In this document: positions 1-12,721 of the stretch, piece by piece
Position numbering within the stretch: the stretch's first letter is position 1
How the letters are laid out: every line of letters begins with the position of its first letter
NCBI GenBank assembly: GCA_951406725.2
Contig: OX597839.1
Span: 27,776,001-27,840,000, forward strand
Direction: 5' to 3'
Origin: Octopus vulgaris
Taxonomy: Eukaryota
DNA: 64,000 bases
Notes under the pieces: generated by a model
Databases searched by the model: none
Told to the model about the DNA's origin: nothing
What the model saw: only the letters and a program-made list of their open reading frames with translations
Program-made: the position numbers and the translations under genes

Positions 1-61
1 TCTAATATTTTTGGTATGTGGTTTTGAGCAACTTGTTGCAATTAACCCTTAATTATAATTA

Positions 62-107
<46 letters not shown>

Positions 108-409
108 GTATATACTCTCTATACAGGGGCAAACAATTCATGAGAAAAGATATAATTCTCGAAAATTAATTTGCTAAGATATTATTAATTCTGTTATCAT
201 CCAGAATGACTATTTAAAAAAATGATAATAACAGAATTAATAATACAGGCGATCGCAGGCCCAAGAAAAGCATTAAATTGCTGATGGGTTAAAATTAAGA
301 CTAATCAAAGGACATACTAGGTATGTCTACCTGCTAGAAATAGCAGTCAAAGCTCATAGTTAAATCTCCAAAAATACACTGATGACAACTACAGAAATCA
401 AATATATAT

Positions 410-640
410 ATATGTATGTATGTGTGTGTATATGTTTGTGTGTGTGTGTTTGTTCCCCTAACATTGCTTGACAACCAATGCTGGTGTGTTTATGTCCCTG
501 TAACTTAGCAGTTCAGCAAAAGAGACCAATAGAGTAAGTGCTAGGCTTACAAAGAATAAGTCCCGGGGTTGATTTGCTCAACTAAATGCAGTGCTCCAGC
601 ATGGCTAAAGTCAAATTACTGAAACACATAAGTAAAAGAG
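410..640 (+). mobile_element. SINE-A, 3' half
   Basis: Matches the 3' half of the full copy at 57470-57880 (cattgcttgacaacc...tgctccagcatggc...tgactgaaac). Confidence 0.85.
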
Positions 641-829
641 AGAAAGTGTTCTCTGGTTTCTTCCTAAGATGTTAATAGGGCCTGGAGATGGATGAAGAGG
701 CTTCTTGAGTTCAGCCTTTGGGCCAAGGGTTGACATCCATAGAGGAGGTGGCATTTATCATGAGTAGCCTTTGTCATCTTTACTGAACTGGCCACTTCCT
801 GTCTGGTATCAGTCGGAGCAATGCCAGTG

Positions 830-970
830 AGGAGGTGCAAGTAAAGTGTTTAGCTCACAATCGTAATGCTATGGATTCAATTCCTGGACAAAACACAGCA
901 CATTGAGTTCTTGAGCAAGGTACTTTTTTTTTTCACATTGCTCCAGTCTCCACTCAGCTGAAAATGAATG
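830..970 (+). mobile_element. Old CORE-type tRNA SINE fragment (family D-like)
   Basis: ttcttgagcaagg...ttcacattgctccagt...ctcagctg resembles the central domain of the copy at 24978-25302. Confidence 0.6.
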
Positions 971-982
971 CTGGTCTGGTGC

Positions 983-1040
983 AGCTCTCTCTCTCTCTCC
1001 TTCTCTTTCTCTCTCTCTCTTTCTTTCTCTCTCTCTCTCC

Positions 1041-1072
<32 letters not shown>

Positions 1073-1181
1073 TTCTCTCTCCCTCTCCCTCTCTCTCCCT
1101 CTTTCTCTCTCAATCCCTCTCTCTCTTTCTTTCTCTCTCTCTCCCTCTCTCTCTCCCTTTCTATCTCTCCCTCTCTCTCTC

Positions 1182-1240
<59 letters not shown>
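983..1240. repeat. (CT)n polypyrimidine microsatellite
   Basis: Seen directly; explains the ER/SL-repeat ORFs. Confidence 0.97.
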
Positions 1241-1242
<2 letters not shown>

Positions 1243-1512
1243 GCGGTTGTCACACCTGACCAAAACATGGTAGACTCAAGAGACTGTTTGTGTCAGTTCC
1301 CTACTACATAGATCAGTGGTCTTCAATCACTGCTCCCAGAGCCCTCAAGCATCCTTCCTGCACCCCACCCCCCCACTGGTCATCCCTCTATAAATATAAC
1401 ACCTTTTTCTTTAATTGTATTTTACTTCCTATGATGCAGCTCCCTAAGAAATCCAGGTTCTGAATCCGACCCAAATATTAAAAAAGCTGAGAGCCCCTGA
1501 TTGAGAGTCCCT

Positions 1513-2294
1513 ACTAGGGTTGAGTGAAAATAAAACCCTGTGGAAGGTGAAAATGCCTGGGGGTAAAAATGTAGCCATATTTGATTACTATAAAAATGCT
1601 AAATTTTCACTGAGATCAATCAAGGGCATTTACTCCCTCAAGACCCCTAAACTCCAAAAATGGGGGATTTTTGTAAAAATTTTTCCAGTAGCAGAGTTTG
1701 GGCAGTTTTAGGGAGTAGATACCCTTGACTGATCTTAGCAAAAATTTTACCATTTTTCTAGTAATTAAATATGGCAACATTCTAGCCCTCAGCCATTTTC
1801 AGTTTTTACAAATTAATTTGCTAAGATATTATTAATTCTGTTATCATCCGGAATGACTATTTAAAAAAATGATAATAACAGAATTAATAATACAGGCGAT
1901 CGCAGGCCCAAGAAAAGCATTAAATAGCTGAAGGATTAAAATTAAAATTAATCAAAAGACATACCAAGTATGTATACCTGCTAGAAATAACAGTCAAAGC
2001 CCTTATTTAAATCGTCAAAAATACACTGATGACAACTACAGAAATCAAATATATATATATGTATGTATGTGTGTGTATATGTTTGTGTGTGTGTGTTTGT
2101 CCCCTTAACATTGCTTGACAACCAATGCTGGTGTGTTTACGTCCCCATAACTTAGCAGTTCAGCAAAAGAGACCAATAGAATAAGTGCTAGGCTTACAAA
2201 GAATAAGTCCCGGGGTTATTAAATATGGCAACATTCTAGCCCTCAGCCATTTTCAGTTATTATACAAATTTTTATTTTTTCACTCCACCTTAGT
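1513..2294. mobile_element. Palindromic MITE with ~120-bp imperfect inverted arms, interrupted by a 408-bp templated insertion
   Basis: Left arm actagggttgagtgaaaat...caagggcatttactccct is the reverse complement of agggagtagatacccttg...tttcactccaccttagt. Confidence 0.7.
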
Positions 2295-2865
2295 GTTTAC
2301 GTCAGTTTGCTATTACGTAGACACTTCAGACAATTAGTGAAAGCTAATTGTCTACCAAACCATACTTGTTCACAGACGATGGCTGGCTTCGTTAGTCCTG
2401 GATAGCGAATGAAACATTATCAAATGTCTTTTTCCTTGAGTTTGTGTAAAATATCAGTCAAGTACTAGGGTTAATTAATTGAATTGGTGCATCTCTTCTT
2501 AAAACTTCTGGCTTTCTGCCGCTCAAGTTAGAAACACCATTTTTGAGAGACATGATGGCCAAGATGGGTGGTGCTGGTGGCATTCAGACAGTTGCCGTTA
2601 AAAGGAAATTCGATGCAGGGAAGAAATTCCAGAGGACTGGAATCCTGGGAAACTAAGACCACCATGGACTCTGCTAAAACTAAGACCACAATGGAACAGA
2701 CATATGATGAAAGGAGTCCCATTCATGACTGTCCCCTCATTTGACCATTTTTTTTTTTTTACCTCTGGGCCCTGGTTGATTCTTATTTTACTCTACTGGA
2801 CCCTCATAGCCATTTGATGTTTAAAAAAAAAACAATTATATTTTTATGATTTTTATGATTTTTTA

Positions 2866-3023
2866 GGTGCAGGTGTGGCCATGTGGTAAGTAGCTTACTT
2901 ACCAGCCACATGGTTCCTTGTTCAGTCCCACTGTGTGGCACCTTGGGCTGGTGCCTTCTGCTATAGCCTCAGGCCAACCAAAGGCCTTGTGAGTGGATTT
3001 GGTAGACAGAAACTGAAAGAAAC

Positions 3024-3063
<40 letters not shown>

Positions 3064-3390
3064 CAAGCAAAGGTAAGGGATCATAAATCCAATTAAAATA
3101 CTGGTTATTTACCAATCTATAGAAAGTTCAACTGTAAGGTAACCATATAAACCGTGGCTCATATATTTAAATATATATGTATGTTTGTGTATCTGTGTTT
3201 GTTCCCCCTTCCATCATTGCTTGACAACTGATGTTGGTGTGTTTATGTCCCCTGTAGCTTAGTGGTTGGGTAAAAGAAACCGATAGAGTAAGTACTAGGC
3301 TGGCTTACAAAGACTGCTGGAGTCAATTTGTTCAACTAAAGGTGGTGCTCCAGCATGGCCGCAGTCAAATGACTGAAACGAATAAAAAGA
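2866..3390 (+). mobile_element. SINE-A, full length, with a foreign insert in its internal (TA)n
   Basis: tRNA-like head, ccttgggc CORE-like motif, internal microsatellite and tgctccagcatggccgcagtcaaatgactgaaac tail. Confidence 0.9.
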
Positions 3391-3401
3391 AAATGGGAAA
3401 G

Positions 3402-3404
<3 letters not shown>

Positions 3405-3432
<28 letters not shown>

Positions 3433-3795
3433 GTTTAACGTCCGTTCTCCATGCTAGCATGGGTTGGACGGTTCGACCGGGGATCTGGGAAGCCAGGAAG
3501 CTGCACCAGGCTCCAGTCTTATCTGGCAATGTTTCTACAGCTGGATGCCCTTCCTAACGCCAACCACTCTGTGAGTGTAGTGGGTGCTTTTTACGTGCCA
3601 CCTGCACGGAAGCCAGTCGAGGCGGCACTGGCTTCGGCCACAATTCGGATGGTGTTTTTTACGTGCCACCGACACGGAAGCCAGTCGAGGCGGCGCTGGC
3701 ATCGGCCACGATTCGGATAGTGCTTTTTACGTATCTCCAGTCCAGGGGTCCTGGCATCTGCCGGGTGCCAGTCATAGGATTGGTTCAATTTCGAT
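3405..3795 (-). mobile_element. RTE-type 3' end (family E) with internal ~65-bp repeats and (GAT)n tail
   Basis: Reverse complement of ggcgttaggaagggcatccagctgtag...ggacgttaaacgatgatg; near-identical to 12785-13216. Confidence 0.85.
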
Positions 3796-3984
3796 TATTA
3801 GGAATTGTATAAAAGTGATCACATGGAAGCTGCCTTCTTTAGTATGGGTGGGTGGCGAGGTAAGTTACAGTAGTTATTAATGATGGTAATGGTTACAAAT
3901 TTTGGTACATGGCCAGTGATTTTAGGGGTCAGTCGGATAGTCAGTTGTGATTACATTCTTTTCCACTCTGTATTTCTTTTCTCT

Positions 3985-4390
3985 TTTCTCTTCTTTACTT
4001 GTTTCAGTCATTTGACTGCAGCCATGCTGGAGCACCGCCTTTAGTCGAACAAATCGACCCCAGGACTCATTCTTTGTAAGCCAAGTACTTATTCTCTCAG
4101 TCTCTTAGGCCAAACTGCTAAGTCATGAGGACATAAACACACCAACATCGGTTGTCAAGTGATGTTGGGAGGACAAACACAGACACACAAACATATATAC
4201 ACACATACATATATATATACATATATGCGACGGGCTTCTTTCAGTTTCCATCTACCAAATCTACTCACAAGGCTTTGGGCGGTCCGAGGCTATAGTAGAA
4301 GACACTTGCCTAAGGTGCCATGCAGTGGGACTGAACCCGGAACCATGTGGTTCGTAAGCAAACTAGTTACCACACAGTCACTCCTGCGCC
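3985..4390 (-). mobile_element. SINE-A, full length
   Basis: Reverse complement of the family consensus seen in this window. Confidence 0.9.
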
Positions 4391-4394
4391 CAAA

Positions 4395-4832
4395 CTTTGG
4401 CAGAAAGCCATGCACAAGGCCCAAAATTTTGGAGGAGGGGGCCAGTCAATTAGATCGACCCCAGTATGCAACTGGTACTTAATTTATCAAACCCCGGAAG
4501 GATGAAAGGCAAAGTCGACCATGGCGGAATTTGAACTCAGAACATAAAGACACAAAATACTGCTAAGCATTTCACTCGGTGTACTGATGTCTCTGCCAGC
4601 TCACCACCTTCAATTATTATTACATTGACCCCAGAACTTGACTTGTACTTATTTCCCAAAAAGGATGAAAGGCAAAGCTGACCTCAGTAGCATTTGAACT
4701 CAGAACATAAAGAGGCAAAACAAATGCTACTAAGCATTTTTTTCAATGAGCTAACGATTCTGGCAGTGTGCCACCTTTTAATTTTATGTGATTAATAATA
4801 ATAATAATAATAATTAATAATAATAATAATAT

Positions 4833-4863
<31 letters not shown>

Positions 4864-5198
4864 TCCTTTCTACTATAGGCACAAGGCCTGAAATTTGTGG
4901 GGCGGGGACTAGTTGATTACATCAACCCCAGTGTTCAACTGGTACTTATTTTATCAACACCCCCCCCCCCCCAAAGGATGAAAGGCAAAGTTGACCTCAA
5001 TGGAATTTGAACTCAGAACATAGCAAAGGGCAAAATACCCCAAGACATTTCATCTAGCATGCTAACGATTCTTATTATTATATTGCCGTTCATCCTTTCG
5101 GGGTCGATAAATTAAGTACCAATTACGTACTGGGGTTGATCTAATCAACTAGCTCTGTCCCCCAAAATTTCAGACATTGTACCTTTTAGTAGAAAGAA

Positions 5199-5200
<2 letters not shown>
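4395..5200. mobile_element. Cluster of SINE-B copies with the alternative (ATT)n-associated tail, separated by (AAT)n
   Basis: Repeated ggatgaaaggcaaag.tgacctc...tttgaactcagaac on minus at ~4500, 4660 and 4975; a partial plus copy at 5082-5200. Confidence 0.85.
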
Positions 5201-5250
<50 letters not shown>

Positions 5251-5478
5251 TTTTTTTGTCTTCTTTCAAATTTGCTTCCATTTCTTGCCGAGTGTCTTCC
5301 CGACTCCTAGGGCAAAGAAACTTATAGTATACATTGGTAGGCCATTAAACTAAACTCAATAGTTCGTTCATTTTTTTTTTGTTAAGTTAAATTAAAATAC
5401 ATGGGTAGTAATAATTCTCACATCGACAATGCTCTTCTCAATGCGTGTGATGTACCAGTTAATTATTATTATTATTTA

Positions 5479-6063
5479 AGGCAGCAAGCTGGCAGAATCA
5501 TTAGCATGCTGGGTGAAATGCTTAGCAGTATTTCGTCAGCCATTACGTTCTGAGTTCAAATTCCGCCGAGGTCGACTTTGCATTTCATCCTTTCGGGGTC
5601 GATTGAATAAGTCCCAGTTACGCACTGGGGTCAATATAATTGACTTAATCCGTGTGTCTGTCCTTGTTTGTCCCCTCTGTGTTTAGCTCCTTGTGGGTAG
5701 TAAAGAAATAGGTATTTCGTCTGTCATTACGTTCTGAGTTCAAATTCCATCGAGGTCGACTTTGCCTTTCATCCTTTTGGGGTCGATTAAATAAGTACCT
5801 GTTACACAGTGGGGTCGATATGATCGACATAATCCCTTTGTCTGTCCTTGTTTGCCCTCTCTGTGTTTAGCCCCTTGTGGGTAATAAAGAAATAGGTATT
5901 TTGTCAGCCACTATATTCTGAGTTCAAATTCTGCTAGGGTCGACTTTGCCTTTCATCCTTTGGGGGCAGTTGATTAAATAAGTACCAGTTACATACTGGA
6001 GTCGATGTAATCGATTTAATCCCTTCCCCTAAATTTGAAGCCTTGTGCTTCCAGTAGGAAGGA
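5479..6063 (+). mobile_element. SINE-B head-to-tail trimer
   Basis: One head, then junctions aaagaaata|ggtattt at ~5711 and ~5895; the last unit ends in the alternative tail. Confidence 0.88.
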
Positions 6064-6562
6064 TTATTATTATTATTATTATTATTATCATTATTGTTGT
6101 TGTTGTTGTTGTTATCATTATTATTATTATTATTAATATTATTTTTATTCTTATTTTGGAGAAAATTGTTAGAGCATGATGGGTCCCCGTGAAGCGGAGT
6201 GTAGAGTGAGCAGAGGAAGGGAGATTTAAAATATCAAAAGTAGAATGGTTGATTTTGATGTTCCTGAAAGGAAGCTGCCACCAGTGTTGAATAATGGGGG
6301 TCAAATAGTGGGGTCGGAGGGTCGATGGGGGGGGGGGGCATGACAGGGGTTGCAAATGAGGCTTTTCCTGTAATTTGTCTGTATGTCACTCGTTTTACTC
6401 TGTAGCCCTGTTCTAATGTTTTAACCCACACCATCACCACCACCACCACCACAGTAACAACAACAACAACTACAGAAGCAACAACAGTTTGGTTATGTTC
6501 CGCAACAACTACCATGAAAACAACAACAAGGTCAGCAATAGCAAGTCTGGATTAAAGCTCCC

Positions 6563-7460
6563 TTAACCCTCTAGCATTCGGATTGCTATAAATCCTCGAG
6601 TATAGTCAGCCCTTGAGTATAATGCACAGGAGATTTTTAGGGGGCTGTACCTCTGAAAAACCGAAACCTTGTGTATAATACGCAGGGGATTTTTAGGGGG
6701 CTGTACTTCTGAAAAAGCGAAACCTTGTGTATAATACGCACCCCTTCTCTAACTTGACTCAAGGAGGTCTATATAACGTCCTTGGTTTGTAAAAATGTAT
6801 ACGGTAACGTCCTTTATTATTATTGTATATAAAACATAATGCAAACGTGTAGCTTTTTTGTGCATTTTGTTGGCAGAAAATAAAGAAATAACAGTAATAT
6901 CGTTTAGTAAATGTTGCTTACTGCAAATTATGGATGATTTTTTTGTGACTTCATTGCTTTCAGGCTTAGCTTAAGGTATTTTCGCGCCCGACACCACAAA
7001 ATGTGTCTGAATAAACATTGCTGGACAGCAAATAGATACTCGGACATTGCTTAGAAAATAATTTTCATTTTTAACCTCGTGTATAATACGCACTAGGGAT
7101 TTTGACCTTTAAATTTTGGGGGAAAAAATGCGGATTATACTCAAGGATTTATGGTTCTCTGTCAAATCTAAAGCTTATTTATTCATATTGTTTCGAAATT
7201 AATCAAGCATTGCCTTGATTTCATGGGATTTCAATGTTGTGATTGTTTAGTTTTAGACTGAAATTCTAAGGCAAGTGTGAGAAGCTGGATCTTGCTGATC
7301 TGAACACAAAAGAGGGACACTATTTGGGCTGGATATGGTTCAATTAACTCTTTAGCATTCAGGTTATTCTGGCAAATGTAATGCTAATTTATTCACATTG
7401 TTTTGAATTAATCCTGCATCATCTTGTTGCTCTGAAATTTCAATGATGTGATTATTCATA
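6563..7460 (+). mobile_element. TTAA-CCC (piggyBac-like) MITE split by a nested element, followed by a second partial copy
   Basis: ttaaccctctagcattcggatt resumes as ctctgtcaaat at ~7157. Related copies lie on minus at ~8680-8880 and 15784-16010. Confidence 0.7.
6586..7154. mobile_element. Tc1/mariner-superfamily (Tc2/pogo-like) MITE
   Basis: TIRs taaatcctcgagtata / tatactcaaggattta, with subterminal gtataatacgca repeats and a ~58-bp internal tandem duplication. Confidence 0.75.
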
Positions 7461-7469
7461 TAGGAAGGA

Positions 7470-7917
7470 ATGTGTGTAGTGTGTGATTGCTGCACTGACC
7501 ATGACAGAGAAAGTTGAGCAAGGAGTCTGCATGAAATTTTGCTAAAAGTTTGGTGATACCTGCTCAGAGGCCTCAACAAAGTTTTCATAAAGTTTTCATT
7601 GTTCTCGACAAATCAAGGAGACATGCAATTGAAGCGCAATGCTATTTATGGTCAACAGAAAACAATTTTGCCGCAAAATTGGCAGACACACATCTCATAC
7701 CCAAATCTTCAGAGATAATGGACTGAACTGAACCGTAACTAATCTGCACATCCTCTGATAACTCACAGATGTACGTATGCAATGTTTTCTTCAGTTCTGC
7801 TGGTTGAGGGTCTCCCAGAATGTTCGTCACTGCTGACATTTTTCGGTCATCTTAGAAGCATCTGAATCACTCGTACACTTGTGTGCAGCTCATACACTCC
7901 TTGCCGTACACTTTCTG
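7470..7917. pseudogene. Mariner transposase N-terminal remnant with an internal inversion
   Basis: Plus strand reads MTEKVEQGVCMKFC*KFG. Minus strand reads QKVYGKECMS..SGRPSTS..ELSEDVQISYGSVQSIISEDLGMRCVSA (mariner HTH), with stops. Confidence 0.85.
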
Positions 7918-8105
7918 CGCTGTTCAAGAATTTGGACCTAGAAATCTCCATTTCTAGCAACTTCGAGGGCCACCTCCCAGTGGTGTCGGGCGTCAACAAA
8001 AAGCCCTCAACTACAACAAGACGACCAAAGTTTGTTTGTTTTTTTCCCAAAGTCTGGGGTCTCCCACCCCTAAGCCTTAGACCATCACCTAATCACCCTT
8101 AAGGA

Positions 8106-8485
8106 GGAAGCACTCTGTTGGTTACGACGACGAGGGTTCCGGTTGATCTGATCAACGGAACAGCCTGCTCGTGAAATTAACATGTAAGTGGCTGAGCACT
8201 CCACAGACACGTATACCCTTAACGTAGTTCTCAGGGATATTCAGCATGACACAGAGAGTGACAAGGCCGGCCCTTTGAAATACAGGTACAACAGAAACAG
8301 GAAGTAAGAGTGAGAGAAAGTTGTGGTGAAAGAGTACAGCAGGGATCACCACCCCCTGCCGGAGCCTCGTGGAGCTTTAGGTGTTTTCGATCAATAAACA
8401 CTCACAACGCCCGGTCTGGGAATCGAAACTGCGATCCTACGACCGCGAGTCCGCTGCCCTAACCACTGGGCCATTGCACCTCCAC
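8106..8485 (-). mobile_element. SINE-C, full length, with TSD aatcaccctta
   Basis: Reverse complement of gtggagg.gcaatggcccagtggttaggg...cgtaacc..gagtgcttcc; 11-bp direct repeat on both sides. Confidence 0.92.
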
Positions 8486-8984
8486 ACGAATCACCCTTAC
8501 CCGTCTTGTTACTTAGCAACAACAACTACACTTTCTGCAACTTTCCATGGGCCTCTGAGCAGGTATCGCCATGACAACTTTCTCTGTCATAGTCAATCTG
8601 TGTCAAGCAGCTTCACTCTATGTGCTTTAGCTTCATTACTATGGCAACAGTCCGGATACTTATTGATCTGACCTCGTATCTGGCCCAAATATTCTACCTG
8701 TCTGTTTTCCAACTGGCCAGATCTGCCTCTCACACCTAAAACTCGTTGTTATTTTATAAGATAAGTAAACAATCACGTTATTGAAATTTTGGAACCATGA
8801 GATAATTCCTGATTAATTCAAAACAATATGAATAAATGAGCATTAGTTTTGACGGAGTAATCTGAATGCTAACGAGTTGAAAAAACTGAAACTAAACAAC
8901 ACAAATATTTTGTTTGACATGCTTATGCAGGATTTAAACGTTTGAACATGGTTTAAATCATATCAAAGTAAAGCCTATTCTCAA

Positions 8985-9337
8985 GGTTCCGGGTTCAGTC
9001 CCACTGCGTGGCACCTTGGGTAAGTGTCTTCTACTATAGCCTCGGGCCGACCAAAGCTGTGTGAGTGGATTTGGTTGACGGAAACTGAAAGAAGCCCGTC
9101 GTATATATGTATACATACATATATGTGTGTGTGTCTGTGTTTGTCCCCCCCACCCCCAACATCGTTTGACAAACAATGATGGTGTGTTTACGTCCCTGTA
9201 ACTTAGCGGTTTAGCAATAGAGACCAATAGAATAAGTACTAGGCTTACAAAGAATAAGTCCTGGGGTTGATTTACTCAACTAAAGGCAGTGCTCCAGCCT
9301 GGCTGCAGTCAAATGGCTGAAACAAATAAAAGAGTAA
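8985..9337 (+). mobile_element. SINE-A, 5'-truncated
   Basis: Starts at ggttccgggttcagtcccactgcgtggc and ends in the family tail. Confidence 0.9.
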
Positions 9338-9714
9338 GGACTCAAGGGGTCAACTATTTCGAAAGTGTAGGAGGGGGCAGGATGTCAATGAAGTGAGCCA
9401 CAACACTGGGGGGATCCTAGAGACAGGATGTTCTGATTAGCTTTATTTTTTTTTTTTGTTACCTTCACCTTGTAAACCACACCTGATATGAGGGGCTCAC
9501 TGATATGAGGAGCACCCCTGCTGCGATCACATTTCCTGTCACACATGCTGTTACTTTTGTGAGAACCTTCTTCTGACCCCTAACGTGCTCATCTTGTGGT
9601 CATTCTCCTGCATCTCCGCTTTTTCATTTTCCTTTGAGGGGTTGGGATTTTTTCATTTTTTTTTTTGTGTAGCTCCCTGTCTTAGTTTTCCAACTCTCTT
9701 TCTCCCTTTGCTAC

Positions 9715-10085
9715 CATCTCTCTCTCTCTCTCCCTCCTTCTCTCTCTTCCTTCTCTCTTTCTCTCTTCCTTCTCTTTCTCTCCCTCTCTTTCTCTTTTTC
9801 CCTCTCACCCTCCCTCTCTCCGTCCTTCCCTCTCCCTCTATCTCCCTCCCTCTCTTTGTCCCCTCTCTCCTTCCCTTCATCTTTTTCCCTCTTTCCCCTC
9901 TCTCTCCCTTCCCCCCTCTCTCCTCTTTCTCCTTCCTCTCTTTCCCTCTCTCTCTCTCTCTTACACACACACACACAAATACTAACACATTCCCACAAGC
10001 ACTGAAAGGAGGTTATCCCATGAGTTAGGTCTAAGATTGAATTATAATAAAGAAAAAAAAAACCTAACTTACAGGACAATACAGC

Positions 10086-10116
<31 letters not shown>

Positions 10117-10117
10117 G

Positions 10118-10154
<37 letters not shown>

Positions 10155-10660
10155 CAGAGACATCCCTCTCACCCTCTTTGTATCTCTTCCTCTGTAGTTG
10201 TTTCCTTTCCTGTCTGCTCTCTCCACCTTTGCTGCTTTTATCTCTATACATCTCTCGCTTTACATGGACCACCCTACTTCCATGACTACCTCACTCTTTT
10301 TCTCTTCACTATGCTCCACCATCTCTCTCTCTCTCTCTCTATGTGTGTGTGTCTCTCTCTCTCTATGTGTTCTCTCTCTCTCTCTCTCTCTCTATGTCTC
10401 TCTCTCTCTATGTGTTCTATCTCTCTCTCTCTCTCTCTATGTGTTCTCTCTCTCTCTATGTGTGTGTCTCTCTCTCTATGTGTGTGTCTCTCTCTCTCTA
10501 TGTGTTCTCTCTTTCTCTCTATGTCTCTCTCTCTCTCTATGTGTTCTCTCTCTCTCTCTATGTGTTCTCTCTCTCTCTCTCTATGTCTCTCTATCTCTCT
10601 CTCTGTATCTCTCTCTCTCTGTATCTCTCTCTCTATGTCTCTCTCTCTCTCTCTCTCTCT
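9715..10660. repeat. CT-rich and (CA)n microsatellite complex
   Basis: Seen directly, including compound ctctatgtgttctctc units at 10320-10660. Confidence 0.95.
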
Positions 10661-11014
10661 GTTAATCCATGCCACTCCTCTGTCTGTGTGCTTTCTTCCC
10701 CCATATCTTTCTCAACCCACAAAAAAAAAAAAAAATTATAAAAGCATGGCATTAGTAGCTTTTTTTCAGGAGATTTCCTTTCCGTTTTCTGAACAAAAGC
10801 ACCATGACCCAACAGAATGTAAATCGGCAAACAAACAGCATTCAGCCAAGAGGTTCGCCGGGTAGCCTTAATCCCGGAACCTTTTAATCCAATGGTTGTG
10901 GAGCTTAGAAGTTCACAGCTGTTCCTTTCCTAAATTTAATCCTATTGCATAACGCCTAAAGCAATTGTCTTCAACTATAACCTTCGGCTGATCACTCTCT
11001 TATGAAAGGAAACC

Positions 11015-11015
<1 letters not shown>

Positions 11016-11045
<30 letters not shown>

Positions 11046-11490
11046 TCAACGTCTCTTTTCCATGCTGGCATGGGTTGAATGGTTTGATAGGAGATCACAT
11101 GTTGGAGAGCTGCACCAGGCTCCAATTGTCTGTCTTGGTAAGGTTTTTGTGGCTGGACACCCTTCCTAACACCAACCATTTTACAGAGTGAACTTGGTGC
11201 TTTTTACATGGCACCATCACAGGTGCTTCTTTTGCGGGACCTGCACATGTGTTTTCTACATAGCACCAGCACAAATGCTTTTTACGTGGGACCACTGCAG
11301 TTTTATAGAATTATGCATGCGATCATTGTTGTTGTTCGGGGTACCTTATTCCAAACGAAAATATGAGAGTCTGGTCACAACCTGGAATAACTTATTACAG
11401 TTTTCTGTGGCATCAGAACAGGTACATTTTGTATGGCACCAACACAGGTGCTTCTTTCATGGCACCAGAACAGATGCTTTCTATGTGGCA
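11016..11490 (-). mobile_element. Old family-E RTE-type 3' end with degenerate ~27-bp internal repeats
   Basis: (CAT)n, ttccatgctggcatgggttg, cccttcctaac, and repeated ggtgcttttta..tggcacc. Confidence 0.7.
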
Positions 11491-11614
11491 TCACAGCCCC
11501 TGGCAGGTTGAAACTGTGTGGAAGCCTGTTGCAGGAACCGTTTCCATTCTTTACTTGACAAAGACCATTTGTAATATGAGCTTATGCAGGAGCCTTTTGC
11601 ATTTTTCTATCTTT

Positions 11615-12022
11615 TATCTTTTATCTTTTACTTGTTTCAGTCATTTGACTGCGGCCATGCTGGAGCACCGCCTTTAGTCGAGCAAATCAACCCCGGGACT
11701 TATTCTTTGTAAGCCCAGTACTTATACTATCGGTCTCTTTTTGCCGAACCGCTAAGTGTCGGGGACGTAAACACACCAGCATCGGTTGTCAAGCAATGCT
11801 AAGGGGACAAACACAGACACACAAATACACACATACATATATATATATATATACATATATATATACGACAGGCTTCTTTCAGTTTCCGTCTACCAAATCC
11901 ACTCACAAGGCATTGGTCGGCCCGGGGCTATAGCAGAAGACACTTGCCCAAGATGCCACGCAGTGGGACTGAACCAGGAACCATGTGGCTGGTTAGCAAG
12001 CTACTTACCACACAGCCACTCC
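11615..12022 (-). mobile_element. SINE-A, young copy
   Basis: Near-identical to the copies at 24074, 34747 and 57470. Confidence 0.92.
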
Positions 12023-12424
12023 TTTGTTCAACTTGCTAGAAGTAACAACACAGTCTCCCTCATACCACACTTAGCAGTTTTATAAAATTATGCATGCAAT
12101 TACTGTTGTTGTTGTTCGGGGTACCTTATTCCAGAAGAAAAAATTTGATGGTCTGGTCACCACCTGGAATAACTTATTACAGTTTTGTCTGCTTTGGTAG
12201 GTCTGGCCCAGGGCTAAAGAGCAACAACAACAACATTTGCTGCTGCTGTTACTACTACTACTACTACAGTAACTACAACTGTTATTGTTACTACTGCCAT
12301 TACAGTTACTACTACTGCTGCTACTACTACTATTATTACCACCACCAGTAAGAGATATCTCTCACTGCCCATCCTTCACTTCACCTGAACCCCCCATCAT
12401 CAGATATGAATATACTTTTATGTT

Positions 12425-12698
12425 CTTTTATTTGTTTCAGTCACCTGACTGCGGCCATGCTGGAGCACTGCCTTTAGTCAAACAAATGGACCCCAGCACT
12501 TATTCTTTGTAAGCCTAGTACTTATTCTATTGGATTCTTTTGCCAAACTGCTAAGTTACAGGGACGTAAACACACCAACATCAGTCAAGCCATGATGGGA
12601 GGACACACACAGACACACAAACATATACAGTTTTATATATATATATATACAACGGACTTCTTTCAATTTCTCTCTAGCATATCCACTCACAAGGCCTC
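12425..12698 (-). mobile_element. SINE-A, partial
   Basis: Family tail and body, truncated at a (TA)n. Confidence 0.8.
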
Positions 12699-12721
12699 AC
12701 AATATATATATATATATATAT

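Noticed and set aside
11345-12162. Duplicated minus-strand mutually exclusive exons (ag|...aag|gtaccc)
   Set aside because: Lengths of 37 and 39 nt are not frame-compatible, the donors are weak and one copy sits inside a repeat.
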